Translations under genes and position numbers: made by a program
Notes under the pieces: generated by a model
Told to the model about the DNA's origin: nothing
Database searches by the model: none
What the model saw: only the letters and a program-made list of their open reading frames with translations
NCBI GenBank assembly: GCA_000708835.1
Contig: DF236952.1
Span: forward strand, 459,623 to 523,622
DNA: 64,000 bases
Direction: 5' to 3'
From: Klebsormidium nitens
Lineage: Eukaryota; Plantae; Klebsormidiophyceae
Shown here: piece after piece, positions 62,564-64,000 of the stretch
Numbering within the stretch: the stretch's first letter is position 1
Layout: each line of letters begins with the position of its first letter

Positions 62564-64000
62564 GTGGGCCGACAACCCACATCCTGACATTCCTCTGGCT
62601 GTCGACCGGGGATGATCATGACCAATTGAATTATCATGCTAAGTAGTTTGTTCCCCAAACTGACAGTGTAAGCGAGAATTTGGGACGAATTATCTCCATA
62701 TCACCATGCAGACTTTTTTTCTCCTTTGCGAACAACATTGAATCAGCGATGCCTTGGTCCCGTTACTGACGTCACTTAGTTCAGCCTGATGAGTGTCGCC
62801 CTCGTGGTTTACGGATGATCCCACTACCCAAGGCCATAGCGGCTTCTGACGTTAATCCAGTTATGTGCTCGGGTCAGGGCAGATCTGTGCTGCCACTAGG
62901 CCGTCGTTCAGTAAGATTTTCTCTCTTTCCGTCGGACTCGTGTCGCCTATTCCCTGTGGACCGACTCTCTGCAACGACGACGTTGAATCTTAGCGCCAGC
63001 TGCAGACGCTTATGTTGCAAGCTTTTGTCGCAACTACTCATTCCACTTTGCATGACACTTGCCGTCTGTTTCTGCAGGATTGTCAGTTGCATAGTTGCTG
63101 ACGCAAGATGCTGGATAGCGCAGATGGTCTGGCGAAGGTGCTGCCGCCACGCCATAGCGCCTTCTCAAAGCATCGCTAAGACAGATACTCGACAAGCACA
63201 CGCCTGCAGACTGTTCTGCGGACGTGTCCTTGAGGATTGCCGTGAATCTAGTGAACATTCTCGAATCAGCAGACGCAGCAAGATTGTCAAAGCCGCAGGC
63301 AGACTCGAGCCCCTCGTGCACTGGAGCAGCTCAGAGAAGCTGACCTTCCACTTTGTGCCCGGAGAATGGGCGGACTTCAAAGTCGAGTCCGCTGGTAGCG
63401 CTGGAAGGCGCAGCGTCTGTGAAACCACAATGGTGAATGGAGAACCACTGAATCTTATGCTTGCTTGCATGATTGATTTTGGACTTATATGGGTTTGGTT
63501 CATGGCACGGATTGTGATTATCGAATACTCGATTTGAACTGACGTTACATCAAAACCTTCGAGTACGATCGATATTGTGGACCGCTTCAACGCCTATCGA
63601 GCAACCTGCCGCCCGCAAGAATCTGAGGTCGTGAATGAGCGGAAAATCGAAGTCGTGAATGAGCAGAAAGGAAAGCCGAAATTACAGAGGTTTAACATAT
63701 TGTCGTCGCACGTAATATACCGTGGTTGGATCGATGCTAATTAACTAGATTGCTTCACCGTCGGACTAATTAAGTCGACTTCGATCGTCAGTCTCATGCC
63801 CATCTAGTGTATGTACACCCGGGTCAACAAGTTTTGTAACCAAACCCGGATGACGTGGCAACTCCGACAGGTTATGGTTACGAGATTAAATGGTTATTCA
63901 TAAGACCTAACCCACGGCTGAGCCAACTCTATATTAGTCAAAATAATCCCTCAATGCGCCAGCATTAGCGCCAGTGTTGTGCCTTTAACGCCTTTGCCTT

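Noticed and set aside
63034-63415. Minus-strand frame with a single in-frame TGA (..KVEGQLL*AAPVHEG..), considered as selenocysteine or as the terminal exon of a downstream gene
   Set aside because: No selenoprotein motif (CxxU/UxxC) and no SECIS identified. The terminal-exon reading cannot be supported without sequence beyond the window.
62815-63537. 240-aa plus-strand ORF; includes a FVPGEWADF segment faintly like ferredoxin-reductase FAD domains
   Set aside because: TTG/ATG-poor, Cys/Arg/Ser-rich low-information composition and no further family motifs. Overlapping ORFs exist on both strands.
1-64000. CRISPR arrays, tRNA/rRNA genes, transposase or reverse-transcriptase ORFs
   Set aside because: None recognised by eye. 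The repeat arrays have no unique spacers and derive from exon boundaries or minisatellites. A covariance-model search was not possible.

Overview
Eukaryotic nuclear DNA: intron-rich and gene-dense, with GT-AG introns and land-plant-like proteins. A streptophyte green alga such as Klebsormidium is my inference and is not verified. I assembled about 10 genes by hand from exons, so boundaries are approximate; most entries in the supplied ORF track are intron or antisense noise. In order: the probable 3' end of an unidentified gene; a group-C Raf-like kinase (+); a DUF2358/SOUL-like protein (+); chlorophyllide a oxygenase CAO (-); homogentisate phytyltransferase VTE2/HPT (-); gamma-tocopherol methyltransferase VTE4 (+); an intronless FkbM-family methyltransferase (-); a DUF1295 steroid-5-alpha-reductase-like membrane protein (+); a signal-peptide-bearing SnoaL/NTF2-like protein (+); RAD51D (-); and a small Lys-rich coiled-coil protein (+). 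The main highlight is that VTE2 and VTE4, the first committed and last enzymes of alpha-tocopherol synthesis, lie head-to-head about 0.9 kb apart and next to CAO. This makes a candidate vitamin E/chlorophyll gene cluster. The second highlight is that introns in three different genes carry tandem copies of their own exon-intron boundary, including the splice site. Two MITE-like elements and two minisatellites sharing an 11-bp core were also found.
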